A stretch of DNA of 64,000 nucleotides, taken from Myxococcales bacterium. GTDB lineage: Bacteria; Myxococcota; Myxococcia; Myxococcales; UBA5297. The translations under genes were made by a program, and so were the position numbers. Numbering within the stretch: the first letter of the stretch is position 1; each line of letters opens with the position of its first letter. Of this stretch, positions 30,452-40,364 are shown in pieces. The notes beneath the pieces were generated by a model, which worked only from the letters and a program-made list of their open reading frames with translations, was not told the origin of the DNA and ran no database searches. Location: NCBI GenBank assembly GCA_049841135.1, contig JASGHK010000008.1, forward strand, positions 147,272 through 211,271, read 5' to 3'.

Positions 30452-33400
30452 TCCCGGTCCTCTCCGAGCTTGCCCGCGCCGGCGGGCTTCTTGACGGCCG
30501 GCCCTTCGACGGTCTCGACGAGCGACGACGGGTAGAACGTGGTGGGCACCGGCACCGAGCGCGCCTTCTTGAGGACCTTGAAGTCCGAGCGCAGACGGGC
30601 CAGCGACTCCTGCGTCCTGTCACACCACTCGTTGTCGACCAGTTGCTTCTCCAGACACTCCTTGGCGGTGGTCTGGTAGGCCTCGACGGCCTTCTCCTCC
30701 ATGCCGGTCACCTTCTCGACCAGGGTCGAGCGGTACATGTCGCAGCCCTCGTCGCCGTAGGCGGCCTTGATGTCCGGCGGGCACGGGCTCTCGACCAGCG
30801 TGGTGGCGAAGCGCTCCAGGACGAAGCCCTTCTTGTAGGACGCCGCGAGGATCCACTCGACGCTCTTGAACTGGTAGACCTCGCTGTAGCTGTCCTGCAG
30901 CTTCTTGGCCTCCGTCAGCTTGGCCTTGAACGCGTTCTCCAGCGCCCTGCCGCGGCCGGTGAGCTTGATGTCGTCCCACTTCTTGAACTCGACCTCGGCG
31001 AGCTGGAAGCGGGCGTAGCCGGCGGCGGAGGAGGCGGCCTCCTCTTTGCCGGTGAGGCCGCGCTTCTTGTACTCCTGCGTCGAGGTCAGGTACGAGGCGC
31101 GCGCGCCGGTCTCGTTGCGGAGCGTGCGCTGGCAGTCGCCGATGCGCTTGTAGGCGTCGACGACGCGCTCCGACTGCTTGGCGTCCTTGGAGAACTTCTT
31201 GATGAACTCGTTGAGCGACTGAATCTCACGGCCGCAGTCGTTCATCTTTTCGTAGATGGTCGCCGCCTTGTAGAGGTTCTTCGGCGCGTCCTCGTCGGAG
31301 GGATAGAGGTCGGCGAAGCGCGTGAACTGCTTGGCGGCGTCCTGGTAGCGCTGCAACGCCTCGAGCAGGCGGGCCAGGTTGTTGAGCGCGGCCGGGCGGT
31401 CCTTCGACTTGGCGTACTTGTCGACGAGCTCCTTGTAGCGCTCGACGGCCTTCTCGTGGTCGTAGCTGTTCTCGGCGTTGACCGCGACGCGGAAGAGCGC
31501 CACGTCGGCGAGGTCGGACTTCGGGTACTCCTTGTAGATGCGCTCGTAGAGCTTGAGGGCCGACTCGAACCGGCGGGCGTTCTCGCGGCAGACGGCGGCG
31601 TTGTTGAGGGCCTTGTCGGCGAACTGGTAGTCCTTGTTGCGCTCGACCAGGTCCTCGTAGAGCTTGCCGGCCTCGTCCCACTTCTTGTCGGCCATCAGCT
31701 TCTCGGCCTGCTTGAACATGGCGTTGTCGCCGAAGCCGCTCAGGATCTTGCCGGCGTCGCTCTTCGGGTCGACCTTCGACTTGCCGTCTTTGCCGCCCTT
31801 CAACAGGTCGTTGGTGAACTGCGTGACGGCGACCCAATCCTTGGTGATGAGGAAGGTCTCCAGGGTGAGGTTGGAGGCGAACTTGGCGAACTCGCTGCCC
31901 GGGTAGCTCTCGGCGATCTGCGCGAAGCGCCGACGCGCCTCCTCGAAGTCCTCGTAGACGTAGTAGGCCTCGGCCGCGCGGTAGGCGATCTTCGGGGCGC
32001 CCTCGTGCCTGGGCTGCATCTTGATGAAACCGTCGCCGGCGGAGACGAACTTCTTCCACAGGTCGGGCAGCGGCTTCTTCTCGACCGAGCGGCTCTCGGC
32101 CCAGTCGCGAGAGGTGAAGACCGGCTTGGTCTCGAGCACGGGCGGGCTGGCCTTCTGCTGCGCGTCGATCTCCTTCTGGTACGCGAGCACCGCGTTGTAG
32201 GCGGAGTCGGCCAGGAAGCGCGTGTCGGCGGTCGAGTCGCGCACCGCCTCGAAGTGCTTGGCGGCGGCGAGGAACTGCAGCGAGGAGTAGAGGCAGTCGG
32301 CGAGGTAGTACTCGAGCTCGTAGGCCACCTTCGAGTGCGGGAAGCGCTTGAGGTAGTCGTCGTAGCCGCGCGCGGCGATCTCGAACTCGCGCTTGGCCTG
32401 GTCGAGCTTGTCGTTCTTGACGTGCTGCAGCGCCTGCTGGTGGTGGTAGATGGCCGCCGAGTAGAGGCTCTTCTCCGAGAGCTCCTGCGCGCCCTTGATC
32501 ACGTCCGAGTTGGACTTGTTCTTCTCGTACCAGGGCGAACCGGGGGCGTAGTTCTTGACCGAGAGCTCGCGCTCTCCGAACGCGCCCTCGAAGTCGCGCT
32601 TGCCCTGCTCGTAGGCCTTGACGATCTTGTCCTGGATCTGCGGGGCGTTGGCGTTGGTCGGGTCCTTGGCCAGGTTCTGCTTGTAGGCGGCGATGGCGTC
32701 GTCCCACTTGGTCTGGTCGGAGTAGACGTCGCCCAGGCGCTTCCAGAGCTCGGCCTCCCAAGGCCGCAGCCCGATGCGCCCGAACAGCTCCTGCGCCTTG
32801 GCGATGGAGCCCCACTTCTCGTCGGCGAACGAGATGGCCATGTACTGCAGCGCCTCCGTCCGCAGGTCGCCGCCGGCTTCGTCCTCACCCTTCTCCTTGC
32901 TCTGCTGGTCGTAGAAGTCCACCAGCTGGACGAACGAGTCGACAGCCTTGTCGAAGTTGTCCATGCGGTAATACGTCCAGCCCAGCTTGTAGATGGCCTT
33001 GTCGTAGAGCGGGTGGTCCTTGAAGGTCGCCGCCTTGGCGTAGGCCTCGGCCGCGTTCTCGAGCGCCTGCGGCTCGCCCACCGCGTCGAAGTAGTACTCG
33101 CCCAGGCGGACCCAGGCCTCGGGCACGTAGCGCGAGGTGGGGTACATCGCGATGAGGCGCCGGAACGTGTCGCGGCTCTGCTCGAGCTCACCCTGCTTCT
33201 CCAGGCAGAAGCCGAGCAGGTAGCGCGAGGCGTCGTTGAACCGGTAATCGGGGAACTTGGTGATGAGGGTCTGGTAGAGCTCCACCGAGCGCTGGAAGCT
33301 CTGCTTGGGCTCGGGCGGCGCTGCGGCGAGCTTGCCGGACTCGACGAGCTTGAGCTGCTCCTCGTAATCCTTCATCGCCAGGTTGTAGTCGTCCTTGGTC

Positions 33401-33993
33401 TTCTCGTAGTAGAGCTCGGCCAGGCGGAACATCACGTCCGGCGTGTACTTGGGCTCGTCGGGGTAGCGCTGCAGGAACTCCTCGAACATCGCGATGGCGT
33501 CCAGGCGCTCCTTGCGCTCGAGCACCTCGATGTCGCTGATGGCCTTCTCGTAGCTGGCCTCGAGCCCCTTGCGCTTCTCCTCGTACTTCTTCTCGATGAG
33601 CAGCTGGATTTCCTTGCGGTACTCCTTGGCCTGCTCCTCGTACTCGCGCACCGTCTCGGCGAGGTCGGCGTACTCCCTCTCCTCGTCGGGGGTCTTGCCC
33701 ATGCCCTCAAAGCGGCCGCGCTCGCGGCGCTCGCTGGGGACGACCGTGGCCTTCTTCTCGTCGGTGGCGCGCTCGGCGTCCGACTTCACCTGCGGACCGG
33801 ACGCGGATGCGGCACCCTCCTGGCCATCCTTGCCCGGGCTTGCCGAGGCGTCCTTATTGGCCTCGTCACCCTTCTTTCCATCGGCCTTCTTGGCCTCCGC
33901 CTTGGCCGCGGCGGCGGGGGCCTGCGCCGGGAGGGCGAGGACGGCGGCGAAGGCGAGGGCGATGGCGAAGGCGAAGGCGAAGGGTCGTCGCAT
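30448..33993 (-). CDS. Large periplasmic TPR-repeat protein (1181 aa), GltD/NfsD/AgmU-like
   Basis: Signal peptide MRRPFAFAFAIALAFAAVLALPAQA. Dozens of TPR-like helical hairpins. ATGA overlap with the downstream gene. Confidence 0.65.
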   Translation of the reverse strand: MRRPFAFAFAIALAFAAVLALPAQAPAAAAKAEAKKADGKKGDEANKDASASPGKDGQEGAASASGPQVKSDAERATDEKKATVVPSERRERGRFEGMGKTPDEEREYADLAETVREYEEQAKEYRKEIQLLIEKKYEEKRKGLEASYEKAISDIEVLERKERLDAIAMFEEFLQRYPDEPKYTPDVMFRLAELYYEKTKDDYNLAMKDYEEQLKLVESGKLAAAPPEPKQSFQRSVELYQTLITKFPDYRFNDASRYLLGFCLEKQGELEQSRDTFRRLIAMYPTSRYVPEAWVRLGEYYFDAVGEPQALENAAEAYAKAATFKDHPLYDKAIYKLGWTYYRMDNFDKAVDSFVQLVDFYDQQSKEKGEDEAGGDLRTEALQYMAISFADEKWGSIAKAQELFGRIGLRPWEAELWKRLGDVYSDQTKWDDAIAAYKQNLAKDPTNANAPQIQDKIVKAYEQGKRDFEGAFGERELSVKNYAPGSPWYEKNKSNSDVIKGAQELSEKSLYSAAIYHHQQALQHVKNDKLDQAKREFEIAARGYDDYLKRFPHSKVAYELEYYLADCLYSSLQFLAAAKHFEAVRDSTADTRFLADSAYNAVLAYQKEIDAQQKASPPVLETKPVFTSRDWAESRSVEKKPLPDLWKKFVSAGDGFIKMQPRHEGAPKIAYRAAEAYYVYEDFEEARRRFAQIAESYPGSEFAKFASNLTLETFLITKDWVAVTQFTNDLLKGGKDGKSKVDPKSDAGKILSGFGDNAMFKQAEKLMADKKWDEAGKLYEDLVERNKDYQFADKALNNAAVCRENARRFESALKLYERIYKEYPKSDLADVALFRVAVNAENSYDHEKAVERYKELVDKYAKSKDRPAALNNLARLLEALQRYQDAAKQFTRFADLYPSDEDAPKNLYKAATIYEKMNDCGREIQSLNEFIKKFSKDAKQSERVVDAYKRIGDCQRTLRNETGARASYLTSTQEYKKRGLTGKEEAASSAAGYARFQLAEVEFKKWDDIKLTGRGRALENAFKAKLTEAKKLQDSYSEVYQFKSVEWILAASYKKGFVLERFATTLVESPCPPDIKAAYGDEGCDMYRSTLVEKVTGMEEKAVEAYQTTAKECLEKQLVDNEWCDRTQESLARLRSDFKVLKKARSVPVPTTFYPSSLVETVEGPAVKKPAGAGKLGEDRD

Positions 33994-34016
33994 CGGAAGA
34001 GTCTCAGCGGGGCGCG

Positions 34017-36385
34017 CTACTCCACGTCCTTGAGGACCTCCTTGAACTCGGTGTCCAGGCCCTTGAGCTCGCGGTCCTTCTGCTTGGCGAGGTTCTGGAT
34101 CTGAAGGGTCTTGTCCTGCTTGCGGGTCCAGGCCACGTCCACCAGGCCGACGTCGGCCTTGAGCACCAGGTCGTAGAACTGCCGGCGCACCCGCTTGAAG
34201 CTCTCGAAGGCGATGGAGCCGACCAGGTTCTGGGCGTTGCCGGCGACGGTGGTCACCTCGGCGTCATAGGCCTTGAGCAGCTCGGTCTCGGTTCGCACCT
34301 TCTCGCGCATCGCCTCGGCCTTGCGCTTGACCGCGTCGCGGATGGTGGCCTTGGCGTTCGCCGAGCGGGTCTGGAGGGCGGCGATGGTGGTCCGGACCTG
34401 GTCGACGTTGCTCAGCACCGCGCGGCTGGAGTCGGGCAGCTCGGTGCGCAGGCTGGCCAGGAGCTCCTTCTCCCGCTGCAGGGCCTTCTCGTAGCGCTCG
34501 CGCAAGGAAGCGTCGGCGGTGCCGGTGAGGCCCAGCTTGGCCTTCTCGTCGCGCATGGCCTTCTGCGTCACCTGCAGCTCTTCGCGCAGCCCGTCGGCGA
34601 TCTCGCGCTCCTTCTTCATGCGCTCGACCTCGTCCTTCTCGGTCTGGGCGTCGGGCTTGCGCTGGTCGCGGGTGTCGGCCAGGTACTTCTCTACCGCCGC
34701 GAGCACGGCGTACAGGCTCTCGACCTGCAGGCTCAGGCGGTACGCCTCCTGGTCGAGCCGGGTGATCTCCTGGCTCATCCGCATCCGTCGCGCCTCGAGG
34801 TCCTGCTCGCTCTTGGGCAGCGACTGGAACTGGGCGTCCAGCCGCTCGCGCTCCGCCTTGACCTGCTCGAGCTTCCTTCTGCAGGTCGCCCAGCCGCGTG
34901 CCGCCCACCAGGCGCTGCTCGACCGCGAGCAACTGCTTCTCGACCTGCGCCAGCGAGCTGTCCACGGCGTCCGCGCGGTTGAGGCCCTCCTGGTACTGCG
35001 GGAAGAAGCTCGAGCGCGCGCTTGTCCAGCACCTCGAACAGGCGGGTGGCGACCTCGTTGGACTCGATGACGCCCTTCTTGCTGGCGTCGATGTCCCCGG
35101 TCATGCGCACCGCGTCGGCGACGTCGCGGCTGGTGGTGGCCCACTTGACGGCGATGGGCGGCAGGAAGGCGGTGATGTCGAAGGTCTTGCCCGACTCGGC
35201 GATGACCTGCTGGAAGTAGCGCACCGGGTCGGGGTGCGCCTTCAGGCGGCCGTCGATGTTGTCGTACACCTCGAGGTAGGTGTTGATGACCGCGGTGTAG
35301 CTCTCGTTGGCCTCCTGGTACTTGCCCAGCTTGAGCAGCAGGTGCCCCTGGAGGATGCGAGCCTCGGGCGCGAGCACCGAGTCGGGTGCGGCGAGCAGCA
35401 GCTTCTCGCAAGCCTGGTTGGCCTTCTCGTACTCCGCGGGCCCACCGGTCTTGGCCCGCCGCACGTGCGTCCAGGCGATCTCGTAGAGCGCGTCGACGAA
35501 GTTGTCGGAGTTGTAGTCGATCTCCTGGTACCGGTCGATCGCCTCGGTGTACTTGCCGAGCTCGAAGTAGACGCGACCCAGCGACAGGTTCGCCTGCTCG
35601 TGGGTCTTCTTCTCGCGGGGGCTGTTCGCCGGAATCTTGAGCACGCGCTCGAAGGCGGCGGAGGCCGCGGCCATGTCTCCCGACTGCACGGCGAGCACGC
35701 CCAGGAAGTAGGCAGCCTGCATCGCATAGGCGCCGCCCGCGTCGGCCACCGGGCCAAAGACGGCCTGGGCGCGCGCGATCCGGTCCTTGTCCGGCACGTC
35801 GGTGCGGCGGAAGAGCCACTTGGCGTAGACGTAGGCGAGCTCGGCAGGCAGCGCGCCGCCCGGGCCCTTGGCCTGTTCGATGTACTGGTCGATGCCGGTG
35901 AACTCGTTGATGCGCCCGCTGATCTCCAGGTAGCGGCCCAGGGCGTCCCGGTAGTGGTCGCCCCGCTGGTTCATGTGCTCGCGAAAGTAGAGCCGCGCGC
36001 CCAGGTAGTTCTGCTGCTGGTAGAGCGCCTCCGCGAGCATATAGAGCGCGTTGGCGTACTCGCGCATGCCGCGGAAGGTGGCGCTGCCGACGAGGTCGTA
36101 GAAGAGGACCGAGGCCGCCTGGTAGTTGTTGAGCAGGAACTGGATCTCGGCGTCCGAGTAGCGGCGCTTGAGCGCCTCCTGCTCACCAGGCTCGTTCTTG
36201 TAGGTGTACTGCTGCTCCACCACCTGCAGCCGCGCCTCGATCTGCCCGAGGTCCTTGCGCACCCGCTCGACCTCTGCGCTCTCCGCTGCCGTGTCGACCG
36301 GCGCCTGTGGCTGCGCCGCCCTCACCTGACTGGCCGGGGCCAGCGCCGTGAGCGCGAGGACGAGCGATGCGAGGGAGAGACGCAT
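34017..36385 (-). CDS. Secreted TPR plus long C-terminal coiled-coil protein. Two or more apparent frameshifts (~34868 and ~34968).
   Basis: Signal peptide MRLSLASLVLALTALAPASQVRA. TPR-like N-terminal half. Three ORF fragments (34775.., 34264.., 34017..) join into one continuous coiled-coil. Confidence 0.55.
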
Positions 36386-36399
36386 GGACCTTGGGGTGC

Positions 36400-37194
36400 C
36401 TACTTGGTCTCGGCCGCCGCAGCGGGCTTGTCGGTGGGCGTAGCGTCCGTCGCCTTGGTGTCGGAGGCCGGAGCCTGGGAACGTCCTTCGGCGCCCTTGT
36501 CCTTCTTCATGGCGGCGTCCGTGGAGCGCTCCAAGTCATAGCGGACGGAGGGGCGGTCCTTCAGGTCGGTGGTGATGCCGCCCTTCTCGTGGCCGACCAC
36601 CTTGACCGTGGTGATCTTCCCGGGCTCGGCGTCGAAGGTGTAGCTCGACTGCACCTTGAACTTGTAGCCCTCGAGGTAGCTGAAGATGCCGAAGCCGTGG
36701 CCTCGGAACTGAAGCTTGACCGCGATTTGGTGCTGGCCAGGGACGATGCGGCCGTTGAAGATCTCGAACTCTTCCTTCTTGTCGAGGTCGCCGTCGACGT
36801 CGACCTTGGTGTAGACCGGCGCACCGTCGAGCGCGTAGGCCACCGATTCCAAGTAGAAGGAGCTGCCCATCTCGTTGCGGTGGACGAGCACGGCCTTCGC
36901 GCCCTGGCTGATGGAGCCACCGCCGAGGACCGACTCCTGCAGCAGCAGCAGGCGGGCCTTGGTCCTGAAGATCTTCTCCTTGAGGTCGTTGACCTGCTCC
37001 TCCATCGTCTTGACGCGGATGGAGAACTCCTCGTCGGAGGTCTGCGGCACGGGTGCCGCCGCGGGTGCGGCCGCCGCAGCCGGGTCGGAGGCAGGAGCGG
37101 GAGTTGCCGGAGCGGGCGTCTCACCAGCCTGGGCGAGAGTCCCCCAGGAGAGGAGAGCGATGGCTGCGAATACGGTCAGGCCTTGGGCTTTCAA
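36400..37194 (-). CDS. Secreted hypothetical protein (coiled-coil N-terminus plus beta-rich domain)
   Basis: Probable TTG start with an AAGGA RBS. Signal peptide MKAQGLTVFAAIALLSWGTLAQA. Confidence 0.4.
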   Translation of the reverse strand: MKAQGLTVFAAIALLSWGTLAQAGETPAPATPAPASDPAAAAAPAAAPVPQTSDEEFSIRVKTMEEQVNDLKEKIFRTKARLLLLQESVLGGGSISQGAKAVLVHRNEMGSSFYLESVAYALDGAPVYTKVDVDGDLDKKEEFEIFNGRIVPGQHQIAVKLQFRGHGFGIFSYLEGYKFKVQSSYTFDAEPGKITTVKVVGHEKGGITTDLKDRPSVRYDLERSTDAAMKKDKGAEGRSQAPASDTKATDATPTDKPAAAAETK

Positions 37195-37651
37195 TGTTGC
37201 GTCCTTTGGAATGTCTCGGGCTGCATTGGCCGAGCTTCCCCCTACTGCAAAGGCCGCCAGGAATCGGGACCTTCTACCATCCGGCAAGACCCACTGTCAA
37301 TTTGCGAAACGCCCAAAAGGTCCCCTGCTTTCGAGCACTTCCAAGCAGCCCCCGCTTGCTTGCCAGCCCTGACCGACGGAGGTCGCACCCCCCTTGGTTG
37401 CCGGCGCCACCCAGCATGATCAGGGTTGGTCTTGGGCAGGTAGGACACGGCAAGGGCACGCACGGTCGGCGACTTCATCAGGCGGGCGCTCGGTTGGCTG
37501 CACGGCATCTCCGCTCCCAGACAGTCCAGGGCCTCCAGCCCACAGAGGCTACCCATGGATGTACCCGGCCACGACTTTTTGGATCGCGCCTGGGGTTTCG
37601 AACCTCGACCACCCGAACCAATCTGATCCCCAAGCCGACCCCGCAAATGAC

Positions 37652-37683
37652 GAGCCCCGCCGCGCCTCAGCGCTGCGGGGCTC
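37652..37683 (-). terminator. Hairpin 20 nt downstream of the mglA stop; possible operon terminator
   Basis: 9-bp perfect stem GAGCCCCGC…GCGGGGCTC with a 14-nt loop, followed on the transcribed strand by GTCATTTGCGG (weak U-tract). Confidence 0.3.
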
Positions 37684-37703
37684 ACCGATGAGTCGGATTT
37701 GTC

Positions 37704-38291
37704 TCAGCCGCCCTTCTTCAGCTCGGTCAGGACGAGCTTGGCGACGCTCTTGAGGGTGTCGAAGACGCCCACGCCGGTCGGCGCGACGGCCTGGTACTCC
37801 GGGACGTTGCGCGGATTCAGCAGCCGGCGCAGTTCGTCGACCGTCGCCACGTTCGGCAGGTCCCGCTTGTTGTACTGCACGACGAAGGGGACCTTGTTGA
37901 GGTCGTAGCCCTGCTCGGCCAGGTTGACCCGGAGGTTCTCCATCGACTCGATGTTCGCCTCCATGCGCTCGATTTGGCTGTCGGCGACGAAGACCACACC
38001 ATCGACGCCCTTGAGGATGAGCTTGCGGGAGGCGTCGTAGAAGACCTGGCCTGGCACCGTGTACAGGTGGAAGCGGGTCTTGAACCCGCGGATCTCGCCG
38101 AGCGAGAGCGGCAGGAAGTCGAAGAAGAGCGTGCGCTCGGTCTCCGTGGCGAGGGAGATCATCTTCCCCTTCGCCTCGGGGTTGGTCTTTGCGTAGACGT
38201 ACTGGAGATTCGTCGTCTTACCGCACAGGCCAGGCCCGTAGTACACGATCTTGCAGTTGATCTCGCGCGACGAGTAGTTGATGAACGACAT
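37704..38291 (-). CDS. mglA: Ras-like motility/polarity GTPase MglA
   Basis: 195 aa. [29 protein letters not shown]… is near-identical to the Myxococcus MglA signature (P-loop [13 protein letters not shown]). Confidence 0.95.
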   Translation of the reverse strand: MSFINYSSREINCKIVYYGPGLCGKTTNLQYVYAKTNPEAKGKMISLATETERTLFFDFLPLSLGEIRGFKTRFHLYTVPGQVFYDASRKLILKGVDGVVFVADSQIERMEANIESMENLRVNLAEQGYDLNKVPFVVQYNKRDLPNVATVDELRRLLNPRNVPEYQAVAPTGVGVFDTLKSVAKLVLTELKKGG

Positions 38292-38300
38292 GGGGCGTGC

Positions 38301-38780
38301 CTACTCGCTGAAAAGGTTGTCGATGTCCGAGTCGGTGATCTCTGCGAAAGGCGAGCCCGAGCCAGGCGCTTCCACCTTCTTGAGGAGCCCCTCAAAGATC
38401 TTGGTGAGCTCGTCGCAGGCCTTGCGCGCCCTGAGGCGCACCAGGCCAATCCGGTTCTTGTCCTCGAAGATGATTACGAGGATGACCCGGCTGGCGACGA
38501 GGTTGATGTAGATGCAGTCCTTGTCGCCTTCGTGGAACTGGGTCGTGAAGTCCTTCTCGCCGATGAGCTTGGCGAGGCCGCCGGTGGCCGCGATGTTGCC
38601 AGCCGTGAGCGAGGCCAAGGAGGTCGTGTCCAGGTCCTGGGTCTGACCCGTCGCCGCGATCAGTTGTCCGTTCTTGTCGACGAGGAAGACGACCTTGGCG
38701 TTGGCGTCCTTGGTGAGGCGCTCGCAAACGACGGTGATCTGATTGAACTCCTCTTCGTACATCACCATCTGCGGGTTCAT
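38301..38780 (-). CDS. mglB: MglB, Roadblock/LC7-family GAP for MglA
   Basis: 159 aa. Roadblock fold sequence immediately upstream of mglA, matching the conserved mglBA operon order. Confidence 0.9.
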   Translation of the reverse strand: MNPQMVMYEEEFNQITVVCERLTKDANAKVVFLVDKNGQLIAATGQTQDLDTTSLASLTAGNIAATGGLAKLIGEKDFTTQFHEGDKDCIYINLVASRVILVIIFEDKNRIGLVRLRARKACDELTKIFEGLLKKVEAPGSGSPFAEITDSDIDNLFSE

Positions 38781-39026
38781 CAGCTTCGCCTCGTTCTAGA
38801 TCGCGACGGGAACCCGCATGCGTGAGCCGGGTGCGCCGTTCCCCGCCTGCATCCTATGGACAGCGATGTGAGTGTCTACCAGACGGTGGGAGGGTGCGCA
38901 AGCGCCCTTCTCGGCGCGTTTTCAGGGTGTTTCGTCCTCGCCCGGCCGCGTGCCGGCAGGCCTGCCTGGCTGACGGGCGCTCGGCTCCATTGACAGCGCG
39001 CCGGGCTGCGGCGAGCGTGGCGCACC

Positions 39027-39695
39027 GTGAGAGAGACGAGCACCCAGAGGGCGGGCCGGGCAGCCCAGATCTTCGAGCGTCTGGCGAGCGCCTACCCTGA
39101 AGCGGCCACGGAGCTGGACTTCGGCACGCCGCTCGAGCTGCTGGTCGCGGTCCTGCTGTCGGCGCAGTGCACCGACGTGCGCGTGAACCAGGTGACGCCG
39201 GCGCTCTTCGCCCGCTTCCGCAGCGCCGAGGATTTCGCGCGCGCCAAGCCCCAGGAGATCGAGCCGTACATCAAGACCTGCGGCCTCTACCGCAACAAGG
39301 CCCAGGCCATCGCGCTGGCGAGCCGGGCCATCGTCGCGGAGCACGGCGGGCAGGTGCCGACCTCCCGCGAGGCACTGGTGCAGCTTCCGGGCATCGGCAA
39401 CAAATCGGCCGGCGTCATCTCCATGCACCTGTCGGAGACCGAGCACGCCTTCCCAGTGGATACGCACGTGGCGCGGCTGTCGTTCCGGCTGGGCCTGTCG
39501 AGGGCCGATCGCCCGGACGACATCGAACGCGACCTGCGCGAGCTGCTGCCGCGGGGGCTGTGGAAGCCCGGCCACCACCAGCTCATCCTGCACGGCCGGA
39601 GAGTCTGCACCGCGCGCGCCCCCAAGTGCCCGCAGTGCCCGCTGCTCGACCTGTGCCCCCGCAACGGGCTCCCGAAGCTGGCGAAGGAGGAGTAG
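39027..39695 (+). CDS. nth: Endonuclease III (DNA glycosylase/AP lyase)
   Basis: HhH-GPD motif LPGIGNKSAGVI. The [4Fe-4S] cluster loop CTARAPKCPQCPLLDLC. GTG start. Confidence 0.9.
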   Translation: MRETSTQRAGRAAQIFERLASAYPEAATELDFGTPLELLVAVLLSAQCTDVRVNQVTPALFARFRSAEDFARAKPQEIEPYIKTCGLYRNKAQAIALASRAIVAEHGGQVPTSREALVQLPGIGNKSAGVISMHLSETEHAFPVDTHVARLSFRLGLSRADRPDDIERDLRELLPRGLWKPGHHQLILHGRRVCTARAPKCPQCPLLDLCPRNGLPKLAKEE

Positions 39696-39698
39696 GCG

Positions 39699-40262
39699 CT
39701 ACAGGCCGGGCGTCGAGAGGCGCTCTGGCTCGGGCTGCTTGCCCTCGGCCTTCTCGCGTTCGCGGTCGGCCTTGAGCCGCTTCATGCGCCGCTTGATGAG
39801 CCCGCGCTTGAGCGTCGAGATGCGGTCGACGAACACCGTGCCGTCCAGGTGGTCGAGCTCGTGCTGCAGCGCGATGGCGAGCAGGCCGGTGCCCTCGACC
39901 TCGAACTCCTTGCCATCCTGGTCGAGCGCCTTGACGGTGACCTTCTCGTAGCGCGTCACCTCTTCCGCCTCGCCCGGGACCGACAGGCAGCCCTCTTCCC
40001 AGACGACCTCACCCTCGTGTTTGACGATGACCGGGTTGATGAGCGCGAGCGGCTTGACGCCCTCCTGCTTGGGAGTGGTGTCGATGGTCACGATCCGTTG
40101 CAGCACGCCAATCTGCGGGGCGGCCAAGCCTACGCCGTTGGCCTTGTACATCGTCTCGAACATGTCGGCGACGATGGCGCGGACATCGTCGTTCACCGCC
40201 TTGACGTCGGTGGCCTGCTCGCTCAGCCGAGGATCGGGCCAGATGAGGATCTCGCGGACCAT
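39699..40262 (-). CDS. def: Peptide deformylase
   Basis: Motifs GVGLAAPQIG, EGCLSVPG, HELDHLDG. Confidence 0.9.
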   Translation of the reverse strand: MVREILIWPDPRLSEQATDVKAVNDDVRAIVADMFETMYKANGVGLAAPQIGVLQRIVTIDTTPKQEGVKPLALINPVIVKHEGEVVWEEGCLSVPGEAEEVTRYEKVTVKALDQDGKEFEVEGTGLLAIALQHELDHLDGTVFVDRISTLKRGLIKRRMKRLKADREREKAEGKQPEPERLSTPGL

Positions 40263-40364
40263 GTCTTTACCTCTCGCCTCCCCAACACAAGAAAGCACGG
40301 GATTATAGGGACCGCAGGGGTCCGCATCCACCCGCCCGTGGGGGATTGCCAGAGGGAGCTGCCG

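Noticed and set aside
36367-37419. 350-aa plus-strand ORF
   Set aside because: It is antisense to the secreted-protein gene 36400..37194 and the TPR gene start. It has low-complexity composition.
37540-37620. tRNA-like T-loop sequence GGGGTTTCGAACC in the mglA downstream intergenic region
   Set aside because: I could not build an acceptor or T stem around it. There is no D-arm or anticodon-arm complementarity. It is probably a chance match.
40263-40364. TATAAT hexamer (CCCTATAATCCC) upstream of def as a promoter
   Set aside because: It is plausible as a -10 element, but no convincing -35 was found. It is mentioned here rather than called as a feature.
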